From contig OZ024742.1 of NCBI GenBank assembly GCA_964016885.1, forward strand, positions 41,168,001-41,232,000: 64,000 nucleotides of DNA. Reading direction: 5' to 3'. Shown here one piece after another: positions 25,089 to 39,570 of this stretch (position 1 is the stretch's first letter; the number at the start of each line of letters is the position of its first letter). This DNA is from Eledone cirrhosa. Its lineage: Eukaryota. The notes beneath the pieces were generated by a model. It was not told the DNA's origin, searched no databases, and saw nothing but the letters and a program-made list of their open reading frames with translations. The translations under genes and the position numbers were made by a program.

Positions 25089-27691
25089 AAAGTTTTATTT
25101 AAAATTGTTGGGTTACAACGAGTAAATATTTTATAACTGATATAAAAGCACTCAACATGTTCTGGAGTATTTTACGATATTAAACAAATGGAAACTACAT
25201 TTATAAAACCATATTTATTTCATTATATATATTTCAGGGATATCATATTAAAAATATGGTATGCCCTCTTCAGACAAAATACAATATATAAACAGTTTTA
25301 TAAATAAATTTGACATACCTTAAGAAATTTTACAACTTCCATTTAAAAAGTTGTTATGGTAGTGAGACTGTTAAGGACAGTTAGAAAGAAAGACGGAGAA
25401 AAAAGAAAAAGAAGGAAGAAAAAAAGAAAAAGAAAGAGCGGAAGGTGAAGAAGATGAAGAAATGTATGTAAGAGAAAAACGCCAAAATGAGAGATTTATG
25501 AGGGAAGGGGGTACTGTAATTATTTATTTATTTATTTATATTTAGTGTTAAGGATACGGGGAGAAATAAAAACAAAGATAAATAAGGAGAGGTAGATCGA
25601 GTAATATCTATTATACGAGGTGGGAGAGATAGGGGAGGGGTTAGATACAGGAGATAGAGTTAAAACAGCCGATACATAAGTCCCGTCAAGCGTAGAGGGA
25701 GGAGGAGAGGAGATATACTTAGAAATAAAAATGATAGTTTTCAAATATTATGTTTCATCAGTCTATCAATTCCTATGAATTATAATGTAAACATCAATAT
25801 TCATGAATGAGACACATATCAATAATGTGTGAAAAAATAATGACTATATGTTTAGTTTAAAAATTCTTAGGTTTACAATCAAAATCTGAGATAAAACTTC
25901 AAAAAAATACTGAAATACATAAGTATATATATGTATTTTCATGAAAAAAGAGAAAAAGAAAAAAGAGAAAGAGAAAGAGAGAAGGTTATTTCAAATTGAC
26001 ATTATAGACACATGTGAGCTTACGTGATCACCTCTGTAAATTTTTATTTCACATGGAAATCTTCATTGCGTTAAAAAAGATTTTACCATACATATATGTA
26101 CATACATACATATATATACATAAAATATACATTATTAATAATAATAATAATATTCTTGCCCTCTCTTACATGATTATCGTTCAAGCATAGAATAGAACAG
26201 ATATCAATATATTAAAATATTAAAAACGCCAAGAATATTTCACTCCCCAGAATATCTAGGGCCGTAATAGATCACAGTGTGCCCCGCATATCAATCAATC
26301 CTTCCAATTTACTTGACAATACATTGCCAAGCTCATTAGAAGCAATCAGAATCAAAAGCAAACAAAACCAAAATTATTCACCAAACTTATTTAGCAGAAA
26401 TCTTTCAAAAAAACTTTAGGATACCCGGTTGTTCTACAGATGCTCTTATACTTATTATAGAAGTTTATCTAGCTTAAAAATTGTATTCAATAGATTGGGA
26501 GTATCACCATTTTAAGGTAGTTTAATTACATTATTAATTATATACTCATGAAGAAGGTTTAAAAAATTGAAGGAATCGAAAGATTTATCGCCAAGTTTTC
26601 TAAAATAATTAAAAGTCTTAAGTAAATATACTACATTTTAAATTTATATTTATATTTAAAAGTTGAGTTCAATCTATGTCTGCAGCAACTGAATAAATTG
26701 GTCCGTAGATTAAGGGAATTTTTAGATTTTAGTATAAAGAATATCTCCTCCGCGCAGAGGTCACATGTCTCAGAGGAGGAGTTAAAAGGAATCCCTCTTG
26801 AGACTACATTCCAAACCATCGAATATCCAACGTTATCATGTTTAAGTTGCCAGAGTAAGCCTGATAGTGATGTTGAAGATTTTTTTGTTTGGATCCGTGA
26901 AAGAATTCTTGTGATTATTATAGCGAAGTTTAAATTCTGTCGAGGTGGAACCAACATAATTAAAAGAATTTAAGTCAGTTTTAACATTACAGTTGTATAT
27001 TATATTTTTAACTAAGCAATTGTTATTTAACGGGCATTTAGATCTGTCTCTACAGTTACAGTTGTTTACTTGAATATTGTTTATGCTATTATCGGTATTT
27101 TGGCTAGGTTTTAGATTCCTATTATTTATTCTATTAATATTTTGTGCTAAATTTTTGGTGGACGAGTAGGTTAATTTTATAGTATGTCTATTGAAAATTG
27201 AGTGATACTTATGTGTTCTAGGGAATCGTTTGTCAAGAGCATTAAAAAATAGTTTAGCGATGTGGGTTTTAATGTTTAGTGAGAAAGGGGGGGGGGGGGG
27301 CAAACCAAATTATGTTTCTAGTTCTATTTCTTTTCTGGTTTTTGGAATTATTGTAATTCTTGCTATTATAGTTGTTAAAGTTGTTACCGTAATTAAAATT
27401 GTTGTTATTTTGGTTAGTTTGTCTATTATTATCGATGTACATAATTTTATCACTATATCCTGCTCTAGCTAACGCTTCATTGTAATACTGGGCTTTTTGG
27501 TCGAAAATATTTTTATTAGATGAGATTCTAGAGATACGTTTTTGAACAGAGTTCACTATAGTATTTTTAACAGATCTGGGGTGGTTGGAGTTAAAGTTGA
27601 CATAATTCAAGTTTTCATTTAACTTGTGAAATGGATAGTAAAGACATGTGTTGAGATTTAATGTTACATCTAGGAAATTGACTATTCTATG

Positions 27692-27695
<4 letters not shown>
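25086..27695 (-). mobile_element. Second, AT-rich Naiad-type PLE, 5'-truncated and frameshifted, HHR at 25217-25280
   Basis: VNFLDVTLNL, YVNFNSNHP, RNIIWFAPP, IFNRHTIKLTYS, CNCRDRSKCPL, IIY..YVG, CDLCAEE, CCRH over three frames; attttgt CTGAAGA..GAAA tatata TA atgaaat. Confidence 0.9.
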
Positions 27696-28134
<439 letters not shown>

Positions 28135-28838
28135 TATGTATATATTTAGTTTAGAAAGCCACAACAATGCAGATGGGAAATCTCGAGGTAGGAAGTGAGT
28201 GAGAAATAGGAGAAGAGTGAAAATGCGTGTGTGTACGATGTTTAGAACGAAACAAATGTTTATTAAATATAGTGGAAGACACTTATTGTAATCACTGTAG
28301 GACAAATTCTTTTGAACAACAATAACAGGGTGATAACTTTAAATAATATCTTGAATGTGTTTGGGAATCCCGAATTTTGATAACAATATTTTCTAATATA
28401 GGCACAAACCCACCAATTTTAGGGAAGGAACAAGAAGAAATATATCTAAGTACTTTCTCAGAATCTCAAATGATTCTGCCAATCCACCACCTGTCATAAC
28501 AATAACCGTTTGATAACATTATCCTCGATTATGATAAGCGACTTCCACTGTATACTGTTAAACAATGAAATATATTACCTTAAACCCTTCATTGAAACAC
28601 GATGTTGAACGTTTTCACACAAGGAGCAAAGGCGTTGCTCTGCGCTTGTATTACAAACTGATTTTGTAATGTAAAGTGGTGGAAGTCAGATGTGAAACAT
28701 ATATGAATGGGTGTGCGTGTATGTTTCTATTGATAGGAGTGAAACCGGACATAGGAAAACCAACTGTCAAAAGATATATATATATACACACACAAACACA
28801 AAATATATATATATATTATATATATATATGGACTAGGG

Positions 28839-28913
<75 letters not shown>

Positions 28914-29084
28914 GAAAATAGAGAAATTAATGTAAGCAAGAAGCCAACAGTAATTCAGACATATAATTTATTTCCTATTAACGCCATTGAACGTCAACAA
29001 ACAAATATATATATATATATATACTTTTGTTCTGTTATTAATTCTGGCAATATTATTTACATAAATATGACCCTCCCCAAGTAT

Positions 29085-29139
<55 letters not shown>

Positions 29140-29143
<4 letters not shown>

Positions 29144-31213
29144 GCGGTTGTCTCCCTTGTTTTGATTAGGATCTAGACGGGAAGTGGAACCCTTTCTGCA
29201 ACTTCCGGTCAGAGCCCTATAAAACTAACAACTTTAAGCTTCCTTTCTCTCTTTGCCTTTTCGGCACCAGGTCGAAGAGCCTCTCATTTGGCTCTGCCAT
29301 TAATTTGGCCAACAGGCGCCTGGCCTTAGCCAGGCGCCCTCTGCCAGCCACGTTTGCCTGGCAATCAAAACGGTAACTACTAACTTTGTTTCATTCTAAC
29401 ATCTATCTTTGACATGTCAAGTATTCTATCTACCGTTAATTAAATATTATACACACAAACCATGTCTCGTTTTGTTACACCCATACAACCTAGAATGCTC
29501 GCTATATTGGTAACCCTGACGTGATACGAACACGCAGCCGCTCATCGCTATAAGTGGTCACCCCCCAAAAAAATAAAAAAATAGCACATCTGGTTTTGTG
29601 AGTAACATTACGAATACACAGCAAATTTAGCGACAAACTATGAAAATACTCAAGGACACGCACACACGCACATGTGGAATTCGCACAGACATACTTTTTC
29701 TCTCACGCATCAATTAACTGTCGCATTTCACCAATATATATATATGTTTCTCGTTTCTTACAACGAACACTTTCAAAACAAAAAAAAAACATTTCACGAT
29801 ATATATATATGTTTCTCGTTTCTTACAACGAACTCTTTCAAAACACAAAAAAAAAAAAAGAAATTTGATATTCTTTAAAAAACATTTCAACAGGAACATT
29901 TATTTTCGATGAACCATTGCCTTTTGTTCTTCGTTTTCTTCATCGTTCAAGTTTTTTTGTTTTTTTCCAGAGTTCACACCAATAATTATGCTGAGTGAAG
30001 CCTTTCTTTTTCATCATTGTCACTTTCAAAATTGCACTATCATTTTCTCGCGCGTTAGAAATATTTTTTTTTCAACCTTGTATTGGCACGTGTAGGCAGC
30101 ATAAATTCTCGATTCACTGAGATGTCTCTACTCACAGACAGCCGCACGCCATTTATCACCAGGGATTCTTCAGCCTTAAGCTATATTCTTCTATTTGCCG
30201 GTTTATAAATTTACAATGTAAATTTACCGTTGATAACCGCGCATTTATTAAGAATGCTTATTTCTCTGGTCGCTGGCCTCTTGACCCTTCCAGGTCAACG
30301 CATTCTCAACATCGACCATCAACTTCGGCTGCTATTTCTAGCACTTTGCGCAACTCATTTTTTCTAAAAAAAAATTTTTTACTGTGAATTTAAACACCGA
30401 ATACGCTCACTCAGCGAGACAACAGCAGCAGCAACAGCAATACATCAATACAGCTTCACCAAAGCCAGAGAATTCATTTTTGCAGCACTCTTCCTGTGAG
30501 AAAATCCATTCGGAGGTTGGAAATTTCACGATATACCACAGAACAGAAACCACCTGCATTCATTCTCTGGAACACACTTTCTTCTGCTGTCATGTGATTG
30601 CACACCTGTGAACTATATTTTGAACTTTGAGCTCTTCTATTACTTTTACTTTATTACATTGTATCTTTGGGTGATGGATAGATGGATGTCCAGTCGTTCT
30701 CTGGCCAAGAGCGGTTGGCTACCTTGATATCTATCATTGATTTTTCCAAACATTCTTTTGTCGTAATTTTCATGCCTGTTACAACATTCTCGCCAACTTG
30801 CTACATATTTTCATTTCGATTTTTATACACTAAAATTCTGGCGGGAGGTTATGTAGCGGTTGTCTCCCTTGTTTTGATTAGGATCTAGACGGGAAGTGGA
30901 ACCCTTTCTGCAACTTCCGGTCAGAGCCCTATAAAACTAACAACTTTAAGCTTCCTTTCTCTCTTTGCCTTTTCAGCACCAGGTCGAAGAGCCTCTCATT
31001 TGGCTCTGCCATTAATTTGGCCAACAGGCGCCTGGCCTTAGCCAGGCGCCCTCTGCCAGCCACGTTTGCCTGGCAATCAAAACGGTAACTACTAACTTTG
31101 TTTCATTCTAACATCTATCTTTGACATGTCAAGTATTCTATCTACCGTTAATTAAATATTATACACACAAACCATGTCTCGTTTTGTTACACCCATACAA
31201 CCTAGAATGCTCG

Positions 31214-31218
<5 letters not shown>
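29140..31218 (+). mobile_element. Non-autonomous LTR retrotransposon (TRIM/LARD-like) in (TA)n
   Basis: 367-bp LTRs 29140-29506 and 30852-31218 (one difference seen), ends TGTAGCG...CGCTATA, tRNA-Trp PBS at 29508, purine-rich GGCGGGAGG before the 3' LTR, no gag/pol ORF. Confidence 0.92.
29508..29539 (+). promoter_or_regulatory. Extended tRNA-Trp primer-binding site
   Basis: TGGTAACCCTGACGTGATACGAACACGCAGCC versus the recalled metazoan tRNA-Trp 3' complement TGGTGACCCCGACGTGATTCGAACACGCAGCC (29/32). Confidence 0.85.
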
Positions 31219-31255
<37 letters not shown>

Positions 31256-31798
31256 GGAAAAAATGAAACGAAATTTCATTTCCCACTCTTAGTACGGCTG
31301 TTACTTAAATATAAGTATGTACACGTACATACTTATATGTATACAGACGTACAGTAGTATGTATATATATAAACATACATGCATATATATATATATGTGT
31401 ACGTATGGATTCACCGAACATTTATTATAATGCTCGGTGTGTTTGTAAACAAACATCCCGTATTAAGCCGTAGTGTCTAGCAACCATCGTTGCTCGTTTG
31501 TTCAACACTGACAAAGGAACGCTGTACTAGTTTCAAGCTTATTAGCTATCGTCAGCATCGTATACCTTTCTGTCAATCGATTGAACGTCTGAAAGTATAT
31601 ACTTTCCTTATGCATATTAACGGCTGAGCAGCCTAATTTGCATATCGAGTGTAAGAATGAAACGAAATTTCATTTCTCACTCATATACATACTACTGTAC
31701 GTCTGTATACATATATGTATGTACGTGTACATACATACTTACATTTAAGTACCAGCCGTACTAAGAGTGAGAAATGAAATTTCGTTTCATTCTTTTCC
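31256..31798 (-). mobile_element. Non-coding HHR mini-element: 394-nt monomer, 27-bp terminal direct repeat, ~115-bp 5' inverted copy
   Basis: Direct repeat 31262-31288 / 31656-31682; 31683-31798 inverts 31256-31367; HHR 31519-31561 (acgatg CTGACGA t agct-aata-agct t GAAA ctag TA cagcgt). Confidence 0.82.
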
Positions 31799-31808
31799 AT
31801 TTATATAC

Positions 31809-31904
<96 letters not shown>

Positions 31905-31972
31905 ACAGTGTTTTACATAATTTAGAGACCTCCTGGATGTTAGCTGTCATATTAGTAACCTTAGTATATACA

Positions 31973-32513
31973 CTTCTTCTTCTTCTTCTTCCTCAAATAC
32001 TCCTTCCAGCGGGTCCTGTCAGAAGCTGGATCCCCAAGCGAGACCAGCCAAGCTCATGGCTGTTATCCACGGATTTACTCCTGGGTCTCCTGTCGGCTGC
32101 TTTTAGGCGTAAAATCTGTCCAGCGATTATTTCCTGAGACATTCTAACCACATATCCGTAGTATCGGAGCTGTGATCTCTCAACTCGCAGAAATAGTGGC
32201 TCTACTTAGAGTGACCCTCTGATCTCAAGTTACGCACTCTATCGAGTAACGTTATTCCAAAGACCCTTCGGAGGAACCCCATTTCGGCCACTTGTATTCG
32301 CGATCGTATACTTTCGTTCATTACTCAAGATTCATGACCATAGACAAGGGTTGTTACGAATACCTAATTGAAGATAGCGAGTTTGGCTTTTACGCCTACC
32401 TCCCTTTTTCTGATTACTGAAGCTCAGAAGAAGGGAGGTAGGCATAAAAGCCAAACTCGCTATCTTCAATTCGGTATTCGTGCTGCCAACCCTTCCCTAT
32501 GGTCATGAATCTT
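31973..32513 (-). mobile_element. Old LINE 3' fragment with (GAA)n tail and a fold-back at its 5' end (32327-32513)
   Basis: Decayed RT C-terminal motifs on the minus strand; related sequence at ~39340-39470. Confidence 0.6.
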
Positions 32514-32639
32514 AATTTTTTTTTTCAATCATTGTACATAAGTCGACCAATTACATTATTTGTTGTATTTTCATATATATATATATATATATATATAGCA
32601 CAGCAAGTGACCATTTTAATACATTTTTTAGTACTAACA

Positions 32640-33640
32640 TAGCTGCCATTTCAAGCGAAAAACGTGCAAATGTCATCATTCTTTATGAGAAAGGCTATTC
32701 CCAACGCCAAATATCTGTATGACTGGGTGTATCTAAGATCGGTGTTCAAAACACACTTGCCCGTACTGCAACAACAGGCGCTCTTAACCCAAAGAAACGG
32801 CATGAAACACCACGCAAGATAAGTGTCCAAACAGATCACATGATACGCCGACTTGCAGTGTCAAATCCAACTGCTTCCAGCTCATATATCCGAGCCCAAC
32901 TTCCTCAGGACACAAACATATCATCTTCTACCATACGACGACGCTCTGTTAAGGACTTCGGGCTTTTAAACCAGCTGCCAAGCCTCATCTTTCAAATAAC
33001 AGCATCAAGGACCGTCTGTTGTTCTACAACACTTATCGTTCGTTACTGGACTGCTGCTCAATGGGGTGCATTAATGTTTAGTGATGAAATATTAGATAAT
33101 TTGCCCTTTATAATCACCATGTACGAAGACCAGCTGGACAGAGTTATAATTCTCGTTATGTCAAACCAACAGTTAAGCATTCACAATCATTGATAGTCTG
33201 AGGATCAATAAGCATAAAGGGATGAGCTACACTGACCATAATCTCGACATGAAAGACTGTAAATGCAAACATTTATTTGGAAATCATACGAGAAAGGGTC
33301 GCATTATGGATGGCGAGGCATGGTTGCAAGATATATCAACAAGGTGGTGCTTCTTACCATAGGGTAAAAACCATTAACCAATTTTTTTCGAGAATCTGAT
33401 ATTGAAGTGCTGGCACCTTGGCCAGGTTCAAGACCTGACTGAAACTCAATTGAAAACTGTTGAAAATTGATGAAAGACGATATTGCTACTCTAAATCCCA
33501 GCTCAATTACTGATTTATAACAAAAGTTCTTACTGTATGGACACAATACGTTATACCTGAATATCGTGTCTCCTTGGTGTTAATCAATGCCTCGCAGAAT
33601 AGCTGCAGTAATCGCTGATAAAGGTCAACATGTGGGTATC
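32640..33640 (+). pseudogene. Tc1-like transposase remnant
   Basis: IRRLAVSNPTASS, MFSDE, WPGSRPD*NSIENC (cf. WPxxSPDLNPIENxW) and SMPRRIAAVI fragments with stops and frameshifts. Confidence 0.8.
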
Positions 33641-33767
33641 CATGAATGAATTTATGCAAGAAGGTGTACTTATTTAGCTTGAACTATTTCGCTATTAGTA
33701 ATTGGAATAAAGTGATTCTTCTGACTTCCAATGAAATTTAGTATTAATGTCAACCTAGCTAACACAA

Positions 33768-33808
<41 letters not shown>

Positions 33809-34219
33809 CTCATTTGAGCGTGGCAGACGTTGTAGTAGTAGAGTTGTTGGGTTGCTGGGTGATTAAGCATATTGACCCATATAGCACTGTAGAAATGTCA
33901 AGAAATGAACAAGTAAAACAGCTATCATTGACAGTATAATTGTTTCTAGTTTTGGCATAAGGCCAGCAATTTTCCCAGTGCATTACTGGTGCTTTATTTT
34001 ATCGACCCCGTAAGGATGAAAGGCAAAGTTAACCTCGGCGGAATTTGAACTCAGACCGTAAAGGGCCGTAAATCTATGCTGCAAAAGGCTTAAGTTGATG
34101 CGATATATGCGTGTGTGCAATGATTTAAAATATGGTATTTACCGTTTTCCCGTTTTTGTAGTGAGATGATGGTCGTTTGTCTGGCAGAGAGAGATGGGGG
34201 GGGGGGCTGAAAGGGTTAT

Positions 34220-35540
34220 AGCACAACTAATTAAGGACAGAATCTAGTTAGATGAGATGCAGTTTTGATTTATGCTAGGCAGAGGTAAACCTATGCCCTC
34301 TTTGTGGTGAGACAACTACAGGAGATGTACTTGGTTAAGAGTAAGCCATTGTGTCTAGCATTTGTAAATCTGGAGCAGACTTTTGACAGGATCCCACGCA
34401 TTGTAACCTAGTAAGTACTGAGGAAGCTAAGTGTAGACGAATGACTTGTAAGGGACGTGCAGTCAATGTGTAAAGATGCAACCAGCAAAGTGAGAGTTGG
34501 CAATGAATACAGTGATGAATTTGAAGTGCCGGTGGGTGTCCACCACGGCTGAGTCCTCTGTCCACTCCTGTTTATCATTGTTCTTAAAGCCACCACTGAG
34601 GAGTTTAAAACTGACGCTCCATGGGAGCTTCTATATGTTAATGACCTGGTCGTTATAGCTGAATCTGTAGCAGAGTTAGAGGTAAAATTTCAAGCATGGA
34701 AGAAGAACGTAGAGTTGAAAGGCTTAAAAGTAAACGTAACAAAGACGAAAGTCGTAATAAATAGGAAGGATGATAGAAGAGCGATATCACCAGGGAAATC
34801 ACTGTGTTCTATATGTCTGAAAAGGTGTGGCCCAGAAATCCCATAAGGTGCACACGATGTAATTTATGTAGGCAGGCTAACGAAAAAGATAGACTTTCTA
34901 TGCGGTAGATGCACCACAGGAGAAGTAAGCACTAAGAGTACATGTGAAACCGGCTCCTTCAATTGCCAGGGAGGCTCCTTAGAAGTTGTTGACAGTTTTT
35001 ATTGCCTAGGTGACCAAATTATCAGTGGGGAGGATGCTCTGAAAGTGTAATAGCTAGGATAAGAACAGGTTGGAAGAAGTTTAAAGACCTGTTGGTACCT
35101 CTGCTGACAACAAAAGGCCTTTCTCTCGGAGTAAAGTATAGACTGTATGAAGCGTGTATACGAACAGCAATGCTACATGGCAGTGAAACATAAGCCTTAA
35201 CTTGCGGAGGCTAAAAACAAACGACTCGAGAATGCTCCGATGGATATGTAATGTTAATGTGCATGAGCGACAAAGCATGAGGAAACTGTGGAAAAACTTA
35301 GCATAAAATGAATTGGATGTAGTGTACAAGAGAAAAGATTACGTTGGCATAGACATAGGCGAATGGAAGATAGCAGCTGCATAAAAAAATGCAGAGAAAC
35401 CCCAGTGGCTGAGACAGACCCAGGAAAATTTGAGACAAGTTTGTGAACTAATCCTCACAACAATGATGACATGACTGCGAGGACTGGCGCTATGCTGTTC
35501 TAGGGAAGATCCAGCCAACAGCATACAATGTGACATGACT
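34220..35540 (+). mobile_element. Decayed RTE LINE related to 39561-44038
   Basis: Aligns by eye to the RT, Cys-rich insert and C-terminal region; many stops. Confidence 0.85.
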
Positions 35541-35779
35541 TACCCCGTGTCCCCCTCCCCACTTCCACAAGCACCCCCTAACAGCTATCCTCACCGTCAC
35601 TACACATCACCTCTCATTCTATGCCGCCTTCAATATCACTCCTTAGCTGCTGCACTCTCTAAAGCCCTTCTAGATGAAGGCCGACAACCTGCAAGATTTA
35701 CTTTGGGGCTTGTTAATGCTCATTGCGTAACTGACTCACACTGGGAATTGCAATCGTTTGAAACGAAAGGGAACATCTG

Positions 35780-36030
35780 TTAATATTTGCGGCATTCTAT
35801 ATATAAATGCGATGTCTCCCTTACCAGTAAGGATTTTGGTTTCGAAATATGAGGCTGTAGTTCAGTCAGTACCATACGCGTCCCATTGCACAATCTTGGC
35901 TGATCCAGATTTCTGAGAAGCATGGCGACTGTGCCCTTCTTCAATTCAAGGTTGTGTGGCAGCATTCCGGACAATTCCAGATTGTTGAGAAATTCAACGG
36001 GATAATGAACAGTATAATGGTCTGTAGTTG
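35780..36030 (-). pseudogene. Helitron PIF1-like helicase fragment
   Basis: SGMLPHNLELKKGTVAMLLRNLDQPRLCNGTRMV. Confidence 0.8.
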
Positions 36031-38911
36031 ACTGTAGACCACTGTGGCCTGTAGATAGCGGTGAATCTTTACATAGCTTGTTGCTAGCGTAATGCTCCGA
36101 TCTCTCTGTATAAAACGTGGGAATATACAGGCTTTATATACCTGTCGCTTTCTGTCTCCCACCTCGAGGGGATAGCCCACGCATGAACCTGTCCACACCG
36201 AAGAGGATGGTGACCTAGAATTTGACTTTTAGGTGTCACCTAGGGTTCAAGGCGTGGACAGATTTCGCTACATGGCTATCTCCAGGGATCATTTGTGAGA
36301 GATTTTGTTGATGGCATTCATTGATGTTTTGGGGAGAAAGGATTGCTCTTTCACACAGTCACTCCTCATAGGAATGGTGGATTTGAAAATTAGGGAACAA
36401 TTAATTAGGCTTTCAACAACAATACAAAATGATGAAGAATCAAAACATCCTTCAGTATCAAGGGATTGCTTCTATATAGATTTAAACAGCTGAGAGGTGC
36501 TTATCTATAACTCTTAGTCTCACCCTCCCTTCCCACCTCTGTTATTCGCACTCACTCCATTCCGTTCAACTTTTGTGCATATTGTCAATTACGATTTTAT
36601 TTGTTGTATCATATCTACATGTATATATACTTGCGTATAATATCAATATGCACACTACACATGCTAGTAGAAAACCACCCGAATGGTGGTTTTTCTGCTA
36701 GTATCATATAATAAACCTGTGGCAAGACAGGAACACGTGAGTTTATCATCAAAATCATTAAATTCTAAGATCACAGTCACTGTTAGAAACCAATAATTAT
36801 TATATCGTGTTAAGCAACAAATCTTTTGTACAAAAACACGTGTTTTAATATCATTTTCCTTGGTAACCTTTTGTGTGCATATTAATTTGCCTTGTGAGTT
36901 GGTTGCAAAACGTGTGCGCGTGCTTACACTTGCACATGTTAGAAGGAACAATGGTCTTAAGCTGGGGTCCTCTTTCTAGTGCCACCATATCATTTATTTT
37001 GCAAGGAAATAATGAACTCGTAACTATTATGCTGTAGCTATGACATCATTCGTGTTGTTAGTTTCAGAAACACCAAGATTTATTAAAAGCTACAAACACC
37101 AACAATCAAGATTGTTTCCTTAAATAAAATAAACATCAAAAACGTGTCCTCCATTATAGCAGGGTTTTCTTTCCAAGGGAGATCACTCTATCCTCCTTTA
37201 TAATATTCCTTTTTAAGTTGTTAAAAGTAGTTTCCCTTTGATTAAATATGGAATTATATATAATATTTATGTATGTTTTTTAATTTAGGCTCAAGATTTG
37301 CAATTTTAGGGCAGAGATATCGATTATATCGATCCCAGCCTTGTTATGACCATATCACAGCTATTTCAGTAATCATATGAGAGTGCTAAAAATATGTATA
37401 TCAGGATCGTTATCTATCATCAATTACGCTTACTCATTTGGTACTGAGATAGAGATGTATATAGATTTTGCAAATAATACGCGTTTCACGATGGCTCATT
37501 TGCATTAACAGTTGATTAACAGATGTGGTTGAAACTGTGATGGTAGGAGTTTTATGTTATAGTGGTGGCTACTGGGAAGTGGTGGGGGCTACAAGAGTAC
37601 GATCGTGGAATTGGAAGTGAAATGGACCTCCGTCGATTTCGACGATGAGTGTTCTAGTTATTTGATCAATGGAACAGCCTGAAATTAACGTGCCATTAGC
37701 TCAACATTCCACAGACACGTGTAGGCTTAATGTAATTCTCAGGGAGATTTAAAGCAACACATTGTGTGATAAGGCTGACCCTTTGAATTAATGGCACAAG
37801 CCATTTGATGGGCTTCCAAACAGTTTCTGTCTACTTACACCAAAACAAATACACACATCATATTACATTATTTCATTGGGATTAACTTTGCCTTTCATCC
37901 TTACGGGGTCGATAAAATAAAGTAATGCACTGGGATAATTTCTGGCCTTGTGCCAAAAGTAGAAACAATTATTTTATTGAGATTATTGTGTTTATTACTT
38001 TGTCTATATAGTAATGTTACAGTAACCTTATGCAGAGTAAATAAAGAGATATTCGTTTTTGTTTTTTTTACCCAATTTTTCTTGTTTGTCATCTAACAAT
38101 GTTTTTAAGTCCTCTGATATTCTTCTCTCACATATATTTTATTACCACAAATGTAAGTTGTTATATATAGCTGAAGTGGTGGTTCTAGAAATGTAGAGTG
38201 GTAGATGTAATAGTATGTTTAAGTTACAGAAAGGAAATATTATTTGTAGGTATGGGGAAGCTTTCACTGTAGAAATAGTATTGCAGCAGTTAGCGCTATA
38301 ATACTATTTGTATTATAATCATAATAAAAATAAAATACTTGTAGTGATGAGCATGCTTATAAAGTCTCTGATCTCCTGGTGGAAATGTAGGGGTTCCATT
38401 GTGACATTAAGCATGTCTTCAGTATTTTAAACTTGGCAGAGTACTTTTTTTTTTTTTCAGGTCTGAATATAATCAATTTCTTACAGGGAAAGAGAAAGAC
38501 AGAGGTCTCAAATACTGGACTGATACTTTATGAAATGATGAAAGGCAAAGTTGACCTTGGTGGAATTTTAACTAAGATCACAGACTAGTGGAACGAATAT
38601 AATGAAGCATTCTATCCATTTTATTAATAACACTGTCAATTTGCTATGACTTCTGATTTCCTTCAGCAGAGGAGATAACTGCCCCTAAACTTCATCGAAC
38701 ACAATTTATTGAGATTATTAGTCTAGTACAATAATTAAAAAATATATAGATGCTTCAATGCAGCTAACTAAAATAATAAATAATAGTTGAATAGATTGGG
38801 TAGGGCACCTCTGGAGATGGAAACCAGTGGACTCTACCTGATTTATTCAACTATTATATTTGTTGGCATAGAGGCGACTGTATTTTCAAATTCCCTAATG
38901 CTCGTCTAGTA

Positions 38912-39007
38912 CAGTGTTTCTCAAGGTGAGGCCTATACACACTATACTACATACTAACTTTGTCAAATCATGGTTGGGTGTAAGACAAAAATGGTTGAGA
39001 AATACTA
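38912..39007. mobile_element. 96-bp hAT (Charlie-like) MITE
   Basis: CAGTGTTTCTCAA / TTGAGAAATACTA with 8-bp TSD GTCTAGTA. Confidence 0.8.
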
Positions 39008-39570
39008 GTCTAGTAGAAACACTTGTTAGAAGTAATAAGAAATTCTAACGAGAATTGGACAACAGGTCTTCATTGAAGGAGACTCTCTCATGCAAGTATT
39101 TCAGCCCTTGAAACCTTACACTCTTAGATGTCCTTCTTATTATGGCGTCCCCACTACTAGACCCCCCATTAAAATGATTCAAACTTGCTCCTTCTGGCTT
39201 TTGGTATCAAGCTCATGTACAAAATTCTCAGCTCATCATTGTGGATGACTTTGGCCCTGTGATTTAACTCTTGGTCATAGTTATTTGACATAATGTTGTC
39301 CATAATTCATCAAAGTTTTCTTCTTTGCCTACCTATTCCTGAGAGGATCGTGGAGACCAAGTCCTCAAGCACACTTTCCAGTAGGTCCTGTCAGAAGCAA
39401 TTGTCTCCAAGCAAGACCAGTCAATCTCATGGATGTTAGCTCGGAAAGGAGCAAATGGTCTCCTCATTGTTTTTTTTTTTTGTTTTTGTTTTTTTTTCGT
39501 CCTGTGGATCTTTCTGCTATGCTAGTGTGTATTACAAAATAATATAAAATACAGGAAACCTTAAATCTGA

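Noticed and set aside
31906-33889. TA-CAGTG...CACTG-TA as the Tc1 termini
   Set aside because: Only about 5 bp match; boundaries cannot be supported.
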